Shown piece by piece: positions 8,483 through 16,828 of a stretch of 64,000 nucleotides of DNA. Origin of the DNA: a virus; the IMG/VR virus record IMGVR_UViG_3300009109_000001, positions 94,043-158,042 of that record. One strand, given 5' to 3'. Below the pieces are notes generated by a model, which was given only the letters and a program-made list of their open reading frames with translations, searched no databases and was not told the DNA's origin. The position numbers and the translations under genes were made by a program. Within the stretch, counting starts at the first letter, position 1. Each line of letters starts with the position of its first letter.

Positions 8483-8511
8483 ATTATAGCACCATTACTA
8501 TGATATGTCAA
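8483..8511 (-). promoter_or_regulatory. sigma70 promoter for hsp20
   Basis: Minus strand TTGACA-N17-TATAAT, perfect consensus. Confidence 0.8.
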
Positions 8512-8516
8512 TATAT

Positions 8517-9596
8517 TTATCGTTTTCTTAACCGATCAATTAACTCTTTTTCACGTATGAACTCTTTGGTTTGTGTAAATTCTTCAAAATCTTTATCGGT
8601 AAAATTCATAGATCTGTGATCGTTGCATAAGAATATCATATCATAATAGTTCCAATTTTTGTATTCCGGAATGAGATAATTTTTTACAGGTTCAGTCCAT
8701 CTTTCTTTGATGTAGTCTATTGTTTCATTAATTGAATCGTAATTATATGCTGATTTTGTTAAATTGAATCCTATCATAAAAAACCAATTGTCACTTACTT
8801 TAGTTGCACATACTTGATCAACCCAATTATCTATATTATCTCTTACTTTATTCCATTTTGCCGGCCAACGAATTTCTTCAAAAACATCATCTATGCCATC
8901 TATGCTGTATGTCATGGTAACTGATCTAAATTCTTTAAAGATTTTGTATTTTTCACTATTAGTATCTACTTTTACTGTACCATTAGTATTATATTCTACT
9001 CGTACTGAACTTCGTTGTTCTTTTGGTATTTTTTCTAAAGTTTTAAGATGAGTAGCTGTGAGTAATGGTTCTCCACCATTAAAATGTATCCATTCTAAAT
9101 TTTTATAATCAATGTTTGGAGGATCTTCAGTAATAGGTTTCCATTCTTTTATATCAATGCTGTTTCTGTGATTTCTATCATGGCCAGCCGGTCTTTGTAG
9201 TAACGTATTCCATGTTGAACTATAATAAGATGTACATGTATTACATGCTAAATTACATAAATTACCTACCCAAAAATCAAATCTATATGGAGCATCAGAA
9301 TCGATGTAATCTTCATAATTATTATGTAGTTTTAACCAATTTCTGTTAACGTCTAGTCTTCTACTCGAGCGTCCGTCACTATGTTTTTCGTTTTCGACGC
9401 AACCTTCACATTCTTCTGGTATTTCTCCCCGGTCAAATTTTGCTCTAATATCTTTAAGGTAAGGATCATTCCATACATCGTCAGGAGTAGTTACTTTACC
9501 TCCTTCATGTAAACAACAACAAAATACCTTGCCAGGTTCTGTTATTGACATACTAACATATGGTTCTATGCAGAAGAATTTATGATTTGGATTCAT
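8517..9596 (-). CDS. radical SAM protein with twitch/SPASM-like N-terminal Cys cluster
   Basis: GNLCNLACNTC (CxxxCxxC), FNGGEPLL, YNTNGT, SIDG; N-terminal FCIEP..CCC..CEGC. Confidence 0.9.
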   Translation of the reverse strand: MNPNHKFFCIEPYVSMSITEPGKVFCCCLHEGGKVTTPDDVWNDPYLKDIRAKFDRGEIPEECEGCVENEKHSDGRSSRRLDVNRNWLKLHNNYEDYIDSDAPYRFDFWVGNLCNLACNTCTSYYSSTWNTLLQRPAGHDRNHRNSIDIKEWKPITEDPPNIDYKNLEWIHFNGGEPLLTATHLKTLEKIPKEQRSSVRVEYNTNGTVKVDTNSEKYKIFKEFRSVTMTYSIDGIDDVFEEIRWPAKWNKVRDNIDNWVDQVCATKVSDNWFFMIGFNLTKSAYNYDSINETIDYIKERWTEPVKNYLIPEYKNWNYYDMIFLCNDHRSMNFTDKDFEEFTQTKEFIREKELIDRLRKR

Positions 9597-9647
9597 TCCA
9601 ATATTTATAGATTGCGCTAAATACTGAAGACGGATTAGGAGCGACGA

Positions 9648-10118
9648 ATGCGATCAAATTGCTTTCTCAAGTGGTGGCTAATAACATGTGCTGTACTTGC
9701 CTCAACGGCAGTAGTACATTATTTCGATATGTGGGTCACCCTCTGGCATTTAGACCAAACCAAGATAAGCTTTGGTATATTAATACTGTTTTATGGTTTA
9801 ACTGCCCATTTAGGACATCAATCATACAAACTCTATAAAAGCCGACCTTTAAATTTCCGCACAATAGAAGTATCATGGTTCTTTGCTGAATCAATGATAA
9901 CTTTGGGGTTAATTGGTACAGTAACAGGTTTTATCATAATGCTAGGTGGCGCTTTTGCTGACTTAGATTTAACTAATATAGGACAAGCCAAGGAAGTTAT
10001 ACGAGATATGGCCGCGGGAATGAGTACCGCGTTAACAACTACATTGGTAGGCCTTGTGTGCTCAATTATTACCAAATTACAATTGATGAACTTAGAATAT
10101 GACCACAGGAAAGCGTAA
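9648..10118 (+). CDS. MotA/TolQ/ExbB proton-channel family membrane protein
   Basis: ITLGLIGTVTGFIIML...GMSTALTTTLVGL; SD AGGAG. Confidence 0.85.
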   Translation: MRSNCFLKWWLITCAVLASTAVVHYFDMWVTLWHLDQTKISFGILILFYGLTAHLGHQSYKLYKSRPLNFRTIEVSWFFAESMITLGLIGTVTGFIIMLGGAFADLDLTNIGQAKEVIRDMAAGMSTALTTTLVGLVCSIITKLQLMNLEYDHRKA

Positions 10119-10923
10119 CAGATATCTATCAGGATTAGGATTTACTGATTTATTGTTTAATACTTTAATCGGTTTTGTGTTCCTTTTTGTTATAGCATTC
10201 TTGCTTATAGCACCTCCTGTCCCCACAGATAAAAAAATAGATCCAAAGGCAGAGATATTGCTCATATTAACTTGGCCTGAAGGATCGTCTAAAGATATTG
10301 ACATGTGGGTTAGAGATCCATTAGGACAAATTGTTAGTTTTAGAGGCAGGGATAGAGGACTGATGCATTTGGATCGAGATGATCTAGGTACTAGTAATGA
10401 CACTGTTCAATTAGCAGATGGTCGTTATGTAACAAGTGATATGAATCAAGAGATTGTTACAATACGTGGTTTCCTTCCAGGCGAATGGACTGTTAATATT
10501 CATTATTATGCGTATAGGCAAGGCTCTACTGCAGATGTACCACAAGAAGAAATAACTGCACCTGTCACAGTGGAATTAATTAGAATTAATCCATATAAAT
10601 CTAAAGGTTTAATTAAATTTGATTTGGTTAAACCAGGGCAAGAAAAAACAGCGTTTAATTTTACTGTAGTAGAAGAAACATATACTAAACGAAAAGGTGG
10701 AGAACTAACTGAAGAAAAGATTTATCATATAACAGATGTTAATACATATATGACACCATTTGTATATGACCAAAGGTGGCAATCAACATATCATGAAGGC
10801 CCTGACGGAAATTTAATTGAACGTACACATGGAGACCAAACACCTGAGTCACCAGTGCCCCCTGATCCTGCTGGCAATTTTGCTGGTATTAAAGAAGAAT
10901 TTTTACACTTATGGGGATATTGA
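10099..10923 (+). CDS. MotB/ExbD-like N-terminal TM protein with YfaP-like periplasmic domain
   Basis: FTDLLFNTLIGF (conserved TM Asp); LTWP...DIDMWVRDP, LDRDD, PGEWTVNIHYY. Confidence 0.65.
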   Translation: MTTGKRNRYLSGLGFTDLLFNTLIGFVFLFVIAFLLIAPPVPTDKKIDPKAEILLILTWPEGSSKDIDMWVRDPLGQIVSFRGRDRGLMHLDRDDLGTSNDTVQLADGRYVTSDMNQEIVTIRGFLPGEWTVNIHYYAYRQGSTADVPQEEITAPVTVELIRINPYKSKGLIKFDLVKPGQEKTAFNFTVVEETYTKRKGGELTEEKIYHITDVNTYMTPFVYDQRWQSTYHEGPDGNLIERTHGDQTPESPVPPDPAGNFAGIKEEFLHLWGY

Positions 10924-11561
10924 TGATTGATGAACAACAAGAAACTCAAAACATTACAGACGCAAGTCATCATCAAAACAATGCAGAGGCAAATATTATG
11001 GCAACAGCACAAGAAAAAGCAATAGATTTTTCCACAATAGCAGGTGATGAGAAACTTGAATGGAATGCTTGGTATGATATACTATATGCGTTTAATATTG
11101 AGTTTATTACTGCGGTGTTGTTAATTATTCTTGTTAGTTATATATTAATACGTACTCCTGCGAAACTTTACATCAAATTCTTAACAATTCCCTTGCTTTT
11201 TTTCTTATTATATAGTACAATGGATAAGTTAAATGACGTTCTAGGGTATGCTTATCCTACGATTCCTGTTGGAAAAGTAATTGTAATGGACGGCCAAAGA
11301 CAAGGTAAAGTTATTGAATTATGGGTTAAACATTTAGGTAAAACAGATACTCGATTATATAAATTACCGTATACTAAAAAATTGCAGAAAAAGTTAAAGC
11401 AAGCAAAAGAAGCACGAGAACAAGGTAATCCAATGGTCTTAGAATGGAAGAGAGCCGCTAAACATAAAGGACGAGCAGGGCAACGTAATCCAGGAAAATT
11501 TATAGTATATAATTTACGTGACTTAATGGAAGGGCCAAAAAAGAATTATGAGCAACAATGA
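10923..11561 (+). CDS. hypothetical membrane protein (third gene of the MotA-like cassette)
   Basis: TGATG coupling; two hydrophobic segments. Confidence 0.7.
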   Translation: MIDEQQETQNITDASHHQNNAEANIMATAQEKAIDFSTIAGDEKLEWNAWYDILYAFNIEFITAVLLIILVSYILIRTPAKLYIKFLTIPLLFFLLYSTMDKLNDVLGYAYPTIPVGKVIVMDGQRQGKVIELWVKHLGKTDTRLYKLPYTKKLQKKLKQAKEAREQGNPMVLEWKRAAKHKGRAGQRNPGKFIVYNLRDLMEGPKKNYEQQ

Positions 11562-11860
11562 TGTCAGATACTGCAACTAAAATAGAAGAAAATTTAAAGT
11601 TAAAAGAACCACCTTTGTATAAGGTAGTTTTTATTAATGATGATGTTACACCAATGGATTTTGTTGTAAATTGTTTAATGTCTATTTTTATGCATGCCAT
11701 TGATGCCGCACAAGATTTGACACATAAAATACATCAAGAAGGGTTTGCTATAGTAGCAGTATTGCCGTATGAAATAGCAGAACAAAAAGGTATTGAAACC
11801 ACTGTACTATCTCGTAACAATAATTACCCGTTACAAGTAAAAATAGAAGCAGATAATTAA
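11558..11860 (+). CDS. clpS: ATP-dependent Clp protease adaptor ClpS
   Basis: PPLYKVVFINDDVTPMDFVV...IHQEG...YEIAEQK...YPLQVKIE. Confidence 0.93.
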   Translation: MMSDTATKIEENLKLKEPPLYKVVFINDDVTPMDFVVNCLMSIFMHAIDAAQDLTHKIHQEGFAIVAVLPYEIAEQKGIETTVLSRNNNYPLQVKIEADN

Positions 11861-11895
11861 TATTTTATAAATATAAACCATAGGAGAATAACAAT

Positions 11896-12057
11896 ATGGA
11901 CTATTTAAAAGCACGATGGGCAGAAAGATCATCATGGGATGGCGGCGTATTAGTCGCTGTTGGTGTAGTATGCCTCTTATTTTCACCACTGGTTAAGTGG
12001 GCGGCCTGGGGCGCAATAATTTATGGTGCATGGACACTATTTAAAGGCGAAGAATGA
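11896..12057 (+). CDS. small two-TM membrane protein (53 aa, MDYLKARWAERSSWDG...)
   Basis: Hand translation; SD AGGAG; ATGA overlap with the next gene; not in the ORF track. Confidence 0.7.
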   Translation: MDYLKARWAERSSWDGGVLVAVGVVCLLFSPLVKWAAWGAIIYGAWTLFKGEE

Positions 12058-12398
12058 TTGATTCAACACATATAAGATTAGAATGTCTTAAATTAGCAGG
12101 TGGTGATTTGACTTTAGCATCAGAGTATGTTAAGTTTGTCACAGATGAGGCCGAGAAAAAATATGGTCCTTCTAGCTATATGGAAATTTATAATGACTAT
12201 AAAGACATTTTCGATAAAGCAATGGGACAAAAATCACAAAGTTTTGATGATGTACAAACAGCATCAAGATTTTATACTACAGGAAGTTCTGTAGATGTGC
12301 CACCGCAAAATATATCTTATGGTGATAAAGAAGAAGTAAAAGAACATGTTATAGAAAATGATAATTTCGCTAAACCACAATTTAAGGATGCATGGTAA
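12054..12398 (+). CDS. hypothetical protein
   Basis: ORF track; coupled on both sides. Confidence 0.65.
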   Translation: MIDSTHIRLECLKLAGGDLTLASEYVKFVTDEAEKKYGPSSYMEIYNDYKDIFDKAMGQKSQSFDDVQTASRFYTTGSSVDVPPQNISYGDKEEVKEHVIENDNFAKPQFKDAW

Positions 12399-12571
12399 TG
12401 GCAAGTAAAAATATTACAATTATTAAATTAGTATCAACTGCTGGTACCGGGCATTATTATACCACAACCGTTAATAAAAGAAAGATGGGTGGCAATAAAC
12501 TTAAATTAAAAAAGTATGACCCAGTTGTACGCAAACATGTTTTATATGAAGAAAAGAAAATAAGTAAGTAA
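12398..12571 (+). CDS. rpmG: ribosomal protein bL33 (Cys-free type)
   Basis: Hand translation [57 protein letters not shown]; below the ORF-track cutoff. Confidence 0.93.
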   Translation: MASKNITIIKLVSTAGTGHYYTTTVNKRKMGGNKLKLKKYDPVVRKHVLYEEKKISK

Positions 12572-12574
12572 CTT

Positions 12575-12638
12575 TATTGTCGTATGATGTAGACAATATG
12601 CATTCTGGACGTGGGTTCGATCCCCACCACCTCCACCA
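12575..12638 (+). ncRNA. ssrA: permuted two-piece tmRNA, acceptor piece (5' end approximate)
   Basis: GGAC-GTGGG-TTCGATC-CCCAC-CACCTCC-A-CCA; the 3' acceptor strand pairs with GGGGGTG at 12831 and gives G3:U70. Confidence 0.88.
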
Positions 12639-12685
12639 AAAGGAGATTAAAATGAACTATAATACATTGATAGGAGGAAGCGACG

Positions 12686-12829
12686 ATGCGATTCCTCCGG
12701 AACAAGATAAAAACATTACCAAGGCCTTTCAGGAAAGCTATAGAATATATGTTTAAAATATATGTCGCATGGAGTATCTGTGCCGACATAATTATTATTG
12801 GTGGTATAGTATACTTAATCTTTTTTTGA
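12686..12829 (+). CDS. small membrane protein (47 aa) inside the tmRNA intervening segment
   Basis: SD GGAGG; MRFLRNKIK...WSICADIIIIGGIVYLIFF; stop ends 1 nt before the coding piece. Confidence 0.55.
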   Translation: MRFLRNKIKTLPRPFRKAIEYMFKIYVAWSICADIIIIGGIVYLIFF

Positions 12830-12830
12830 C

Positions 12831-13012
12831 GGGGGTGACATGGCTTCGACAGGGTGAGGACGATATACGGACGACACATGGGAGCAGTTCCATGTTAAAA
12901 AACAGCAAACTAAAATAATTGCAAACGACGATTATTACGAATACGCATTAGCCGCTTAATCACGGCAGTATTCCGGGGTATAGAGCATACCTTGTTACCC
13001 AATCTGCTTTTT
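12831..13012 (+). ncRNA. ssrA: permuted two-piece tmRNA, coding piece; tag frame ANDDYYEYALAA* (3' end approximate)
   Basis: Starts GGGGGTGACATGGCTTCGACAG; resume context AAATAATT-GCA-AAC-GAC at 12921; tag ends ALAA-TAA at 12959. Confidence 0.9.
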
Positions 13013-13040
13013 TGGAAGGGCCCGTTTAGGGCCTTTCCTT
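13008..13040. terminator. bidirectional intrinsic terminator
   Basis: GGAAGGGCCC-GTTTA-GGGCCTTTCC hairpin between the tmRNA and a convergent ORF. Confidence 0.75.
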
Positions 13041-13620
13041 ATTCTATAACTGTAGCAACTAAATGGACGCGATCTTCCTCGCCTCCGTTAAACGCATTAT
13101 GATATTTTGTATTATCAGTAATCCATACTTTGCCATCTGCGGGCATATGTTTTACTTCATCATCAATAATCATTAGTGCGCCTGGGTTGGTTACGATAGG
13201 TATGTGTAATCTGCGTTCAGGATCCCTGTGCCAACTCAATGTTGTGCGTGGCATTTTCCAAAGCAATCTTACTCTGCCTAATTTATAATTGGGAATAAGT
13301 GTATCGTATACTTCTTTGAAGTAAGTATCTTCAAATAGTTTAACAAACTCAGTATATTGGGATTCGTCTATTGGATTTTCTCGTTGGACCTCTTCACCAC
13401 TGCTTGTTGGGCGTGTCCAAAATAATCCTCTTACATTACCACCTGTGATAGAGTTTGGATCACCGGGAATTTGTGTCAGACAAATAGCATTGATGTCTCT
13501 TTTGCCTAAAGGAGATTGTCTTGCGACTCGCGAATCAACTTCGCGCAATGCATCCTGTAATTTGCTCACGTCAAAGCAAATATCAGGGTCAATGAAAAAG
13601 TTATTCAATTTAGGTAGCAA
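13039..13620 (-). CDS. Asp/Asn beta-hydroxylase-like 2OG-Fe(II) oxygenase
   Basis: LSWHRD (HxD), RLHIPIVTN, YHNAFNGG..DRVHLV. Confidence 0.85.
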   Translation of the reverse strand: MLPKLNNFFIDPDICFDVSKLQDALREVDSRVARQSPLGKRDINAICLTQIPGDPNSITGGNVRGLFWTRPTSSGEEVQRENPIDESQYTEFVKLFEDTYFKEVYDTLIPNYKLGRVRLLWKMPRTTLSWHRDPERRLHIPIVTNPGALMIIDDEVKHMPADGKVWITDNTKYHNAFNGGEEDRVHLVATVIE

Positions 13621-13675
13621 CCTGTAAAGTTCTATTTATAATAGTGGATAACTTATAGCAGTATTACGTTAAATA

Positions 13676-13704
13676 TTGACATGGCGGTAACATAGCTATA
13701 TATT
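13676..13704 (+). promoter_or_regulatory. sigma70-like promoter
   Basis: TTGACA-N17-TATATT. Confidence 0.6.
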
Positions 13705-13747
13705 AATCATAATCGACTACCATTTTATTAATAATGGAGGACGATTT

Positions 13748-14281
13748 ATGCGTGTTACTGAAGTAAAAGATTTCTTTCCTCAAGAAATTCTTGATAAAAT
13801 CTTATCGATTGCAAACAATAATGAATTTGTGGATATAAATTATTCTGTTGCGAGTGGTATTCGTAAAAAATTAGATCTTTGGGATTTAGATGTTAAACAA
13901 GATATTGAGAAATTTTGTGATTCTGTTATAAAAACCGCAGTTGATCACCCTGTTATTATTAATAATGCCTTTTTGTGGAAGGATGAACCAGGATTCTCTA
14001 TGAGTAATCATGTTGATAATTATAAAGTTCATCTTGCAATACAAATTTATTTAAATGATAATGATAATTTTGGAACTATATTTAAAATGGATGGTTCAGA
14101 CAAAATAATAAAATATGGTTTAAATAGGGGTTATATTAATCATAATTATCTTGAACCAAGAATTGTTCATTCGGTTCCCAAATGTAATTATAAAAGATTA
14201 AGTCTTTATATTATGTACGCTAAAACCGATAAAGATGGTAATCCAATAGTTTTAGAAAATGAACAAGCTAATATGAAATAA
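13748..14281 (+). CDS. 2OG-Fe(II) oxygenase-like protein
   Basis: HVDN (HxD), QIYLN, distal HSV...RLSLY; SD GGAGG. Confidence 0.75.
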   Translation: MRVTEVKDFFPQEILDKILSIANNNEFVDINYSVASGIRKKLDLWDLDVKQDIEKFCDSVIKTAVDHPVIINNAFLWKDEPGFSMSNHVDNYKVHLAIQIYLNDNDNFGTIFKMDGSDKIIKYGLNRGYINHNYLEPRIVHSVPKCNYKRLSLYIMYAKTDKDGNPIVLENEQANMK

Positions 14282-14348
14282 TAGTGGATAATTTACAGCA
14301 GTAATATAGTAGTGCTTTAATCATTAAAACATCACTTTAAATATTGGC

Positions 14349-14720
14349 ATGAGTAAACAAACAAGTATGACAGTTAGTGATTCATCAATGATAACTATCC
14401 CAGTTCGTAATTTGATAGCATTGTTCGTCTTTGTAGGTCTTGCTATTACTGGTTATTTTAATGTAACAGGACGTATTACGTTTTTAGAGCATAATCTAGC
14501 AATTCAAGATGTCCATGTTAAAGCAAATAATGAATTTCGTGTTAAATGGCCTCGTGGTGAATTGGGTTCATTACCTGATGATGCTGAACAGAATATGAGA
14601 TTAAATCATCTAGAGAACGAATTAAAAGAAATTCAAGAAAATATTAAAATTTATAAACAAGTAAGTGAAGAAGTTAATCTGCGTGAACAAATGAACGCAA
14701 TTGAAGTTAAATCAAATTGA
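14349..14720 (+). CDS. hypothetical single-TM protein
   Basis: ORF track; TM segment then coiled coil. Confidence 0.7.
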   Translation: MSKQTSMTVSDSSMITIPVRNLIALFVFVGLAITGYFNVTGRITFLEHNLAIQDVHVKANNEFRVKWPRGELGSLPDDAEQNMRLNHLENELKEIQENIKIYKQVSEEVNLREQMNAIEVKSN

Positions 14721-14721
14721 T

Positions 14722-15153
14722 ATGAAAAAGTTCCTATTTGTATTGCTATTATTAGTGGCTATGCCCGCACAAGCATTGGAATTGTTAGTAGTTACTGCTA
14801 ACTGGTGCCCTGTTTGTGCTCGTTGGATAGACGAAATTCCAGAGTTTTATGATGATATTGATTTACCAATGATAAAAATAGACATCACTAATGGTATTAT
14901 TGCAAATCAAGAATATTTAGAGCATTATTGGGAAGGCAATATAAAGAGATTATATGCTGTTCCTACGTTTATTATATGGGATGAAGTTAATAAACGCGAA
15001 CTAGTACGTTGGGCAGGTTATCAAAGTGAAGAACATTGGTATGAAATGCTAGAACGTGCTAAATTAAAAGCAGATATTAGCATAATAGACTGTGAAGCGG
15101 TCGGCCACTGCGAAAGTTTTAATCTCGGTCCCATACCACAAAACCAACCATAA
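14722..15153 (+). CDS. exported thioredoxin-fold protein
   Basis: Signal peptide MKKFLF...AQA; WCPVC; cis-Pro motif VPTFII. Confidence 0.8.
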   Translation: MKKFLFVLLLLVAMPAQALELLVVTANWCPVCARWIDEIPEFYDDIDLPMIKIDITNGIIANQEYLEHYWEGNIKRLYAVPTFIIWDEVNKRELVRWAGYQSEEHWYEMLERAKLKADISIIDCEAVGHCESFNLGPIPQNQP

Positions 15154-15179
15154 GACTAAATCCTACACTAAATATCTAT

Positions 15180-15533
15180 ATGGATATCTATCATGTTTGG
15201 TGTGATATCGAAGGTGATATTACCGATAAAGAATGGGCACATAACCTTCGAGAATTTTTAAAATCACTCAAAGAAGAACACAAAATCGAGTCTTATCGTA
15301 TTACTCGGTGTAAATTAGGCTTTCGTAGTATACAAGATTTGCCTGAATGGCATATTATGATTGAAACAAAAGACATGTCTCAATTAGAAAATGCTTTTCA
15401 GAGAGTCGCTAAAGTAGAACATCATGCATTAGACGAAATAGAAAGTCAACTTAAAACAAAGCATCATGCCTTTAATCAGCATGTTGCAGACAATATACAA
15501 CACGCATTATTCAGAGATTGGCCTGATGAGTGA
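15180..15533 (+). CDS. conserved hypothetical protein (possibly DUF6614-like)
   Basis: YRITRCKLGF..LPEWHIMIE...ALFRDWPD; family call from memory only. Confidence 0.65.
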   Translation: MDIYHVWCDIEGDITDKEWAHNLREFLKSLKEEHKIESYRITRCKLGFRSIQDLPEWHIMIETKDMSQLENAFQRVAKVEHHALDEIESQLKTKHHAFNQHVADNIQHALFRDWPDE

Positions 15534-15801
15534 CGATAATGTTATTGACTTTGAAGGGAAGAAAGCAGACAGAATTCCGTTAAAGGAAATTATTGAAACT
15601 GACTTTCACGGCAAAGGAGATGACATTTTCAATGATGAAACAACTCGCGTAATATCCGAAGTTTGGTTGTGGGATACGTTAGCTTTATTAGATGAGCACG
15701 GTATCGATACTACAAATAATGATTTCAACCATGACTTAACAATTATACTTCAATTAATAGATACACTAATATATCGATACAAGGATAAAAAGCATGATTA
15801 A
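15526..15801 (+). CDS. hypothetical protein
   Basis: Start trimmed to MSDDNVIDF. Confidence 0.6.
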   Translation: MSDDNVIDFEGKKADRIPLKEIIETDFHGKGDDIFNDETTRVISEVWLWDTLALLDEHGIDTTNNDFNHDLTIILQLIDTLIYRYKDKKHD

Positions 15802-16828
15802 GGCATTTTTTAGAAGTAAAAAATGGGCCTTATGGGCATATGGTGGTGGGGGATTATTAGTTTTATCATTGTGGGTACAAGTACAAATAACTGTAGCAAT
15901 AAACAAATGGTACGGTGGCTTTTATAACTTACTACAAACATCGGGTACATACAAAGACAACTCAGCAGAAGGTATTGCACTATTTTACGACAAGTTACTC
16001 AGTTTTGATTATTGGCTTAATGGCTTTGAAGGCGAGCCGTCATTCGCAGTTTTAGCGTTCCCATATGTTATTTTGGCGGTGCTAACTGGATGGTTTACCC
16101 GTATATATGGATTGCGTTGGCGACAAGCAATGACATTTGATTATATTCCGCGTTGGCGCACAGTTAAAGAAGAAATAGAAGGTGCGTCTCAACGTATTCA
16201 AGAAGACTGCAACCGGTTTGCACGAATTGTAGAATCATTGGGACTCCAAGTAGTAAGAGCAATTATGACACTTGTAGCATTTATTCCAGTATTGTGGGGA
16301 TTAAGTGAGCACGTTGCTATTCCATTCTTTAGTGATATACCCGGCTCATTAGTTTGGACTGCGTTAACAGTATCGGTTGGTGGTATAATTATTTCATGGT
16401 TTGTGGGTTGGAAACTGCCTGGACTTGAATACAATAACCAAAAAGTAGAAGCGGCATTTAGAAAAGACCTTGTATTAGGTGAGGATGACAAAGTAAATTA
16501 TGCACAGCCAGAAACACTGTGGAGTTTATTTACTGGCATACGTTTTAACTATCAGAGACTATATCTTCATTATGGATATTTTGATACGTGGATGATTATG
16601 TATGATCAATTTATGATTATTGTTCCATACTTAATAGTAGGCCCGGGTTTGTTTACTGGTGCAATATTGTTAGGTGTAGTAGTACAAGTATCTAATGCAT
16701 TCCAGAAAGTACATGGTGGATTTGCATTGTTCTTACATAACTGGACTACAATTACAGAACTAAGAAGCATATGGAAACGTTTGCATGAATTCGAACGAAA
16801 CCTTGACAAATACGCTACGATCGCATAG
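15794..16828 (+). CDS. sbmA: SbmA/BacA-family peptide transporter
   Basis: VAINKWYGGFYNLLQ, RWRQAM, IEGASQRIQED, LPGLEYNNQKVEAAFRKDLVLGED, WTTITELRSIWKRLHEFE. Confidence 0.92.
   Translation: MIKAFFRSKKWALWAYGGGGLLVLSLWVQVQITVAINKWYGGFYNLLQTSGTYKDNSAEGIALFYDKLLSFDYWLNGFEGEPSFAVLAFPYVILAVLTGWFTRIYGLRWRQAMTFDYIPRWRTVKEEIEGASQRIQEDCNRFARIVESLGLQVVRAIMTLVAFIPVLWGLSEHVAIPFFSDIPGSLVWTALTVSVGGIIISWFVGWKLPGLEYNNQKVEAAFRKDLVLGEDDKVNYAQPETLWSLFTGIRFNYQRLYLHYGYFDTWMIMYDQFMIIVPYLIVGPGLFTGAILLGVVVQVSNAFQKVHGGFALFLHNWTTITELRSIWKRLHEFERNLDKYATIA

Larger units (their letters stand above)
13638..14303 (+). repeat. 26-bp imperfect direct repeats (13638-13663 and 14278-14303) flanking one gene
   Basis: ATAATAGTGGATAACTTATAGCAGTA versus ATAATAGTGGATAATTTACAGCAGTA, 24/26 identical. 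Confidence 0.8.

Noticed and set aside
9648-11561. Calling the MotA-like cassette a Zorya defence system or flagellar stator
   Set aside because: The A subunit lacks the long ZorA tail, the B subunit lacks an OmpA-like peptidoglycan-binding domain, and there are no zorC/D/E or flagellar genes.
12601-12638. tRNA-like 3' fragment considered as an att site or tRNA pseudogene
   Set aside because: It pairs with the downstream GGGGGTG piece and the tag frame is intact, so a permuted tmRNA explains it. No integrase is nearby.
12574-12879. Minus-strand 101-aa ORF
   Set aside because: Antisense to the tmRNA pieces; VVGIEPT is the typical translation of a reversed T-arm.
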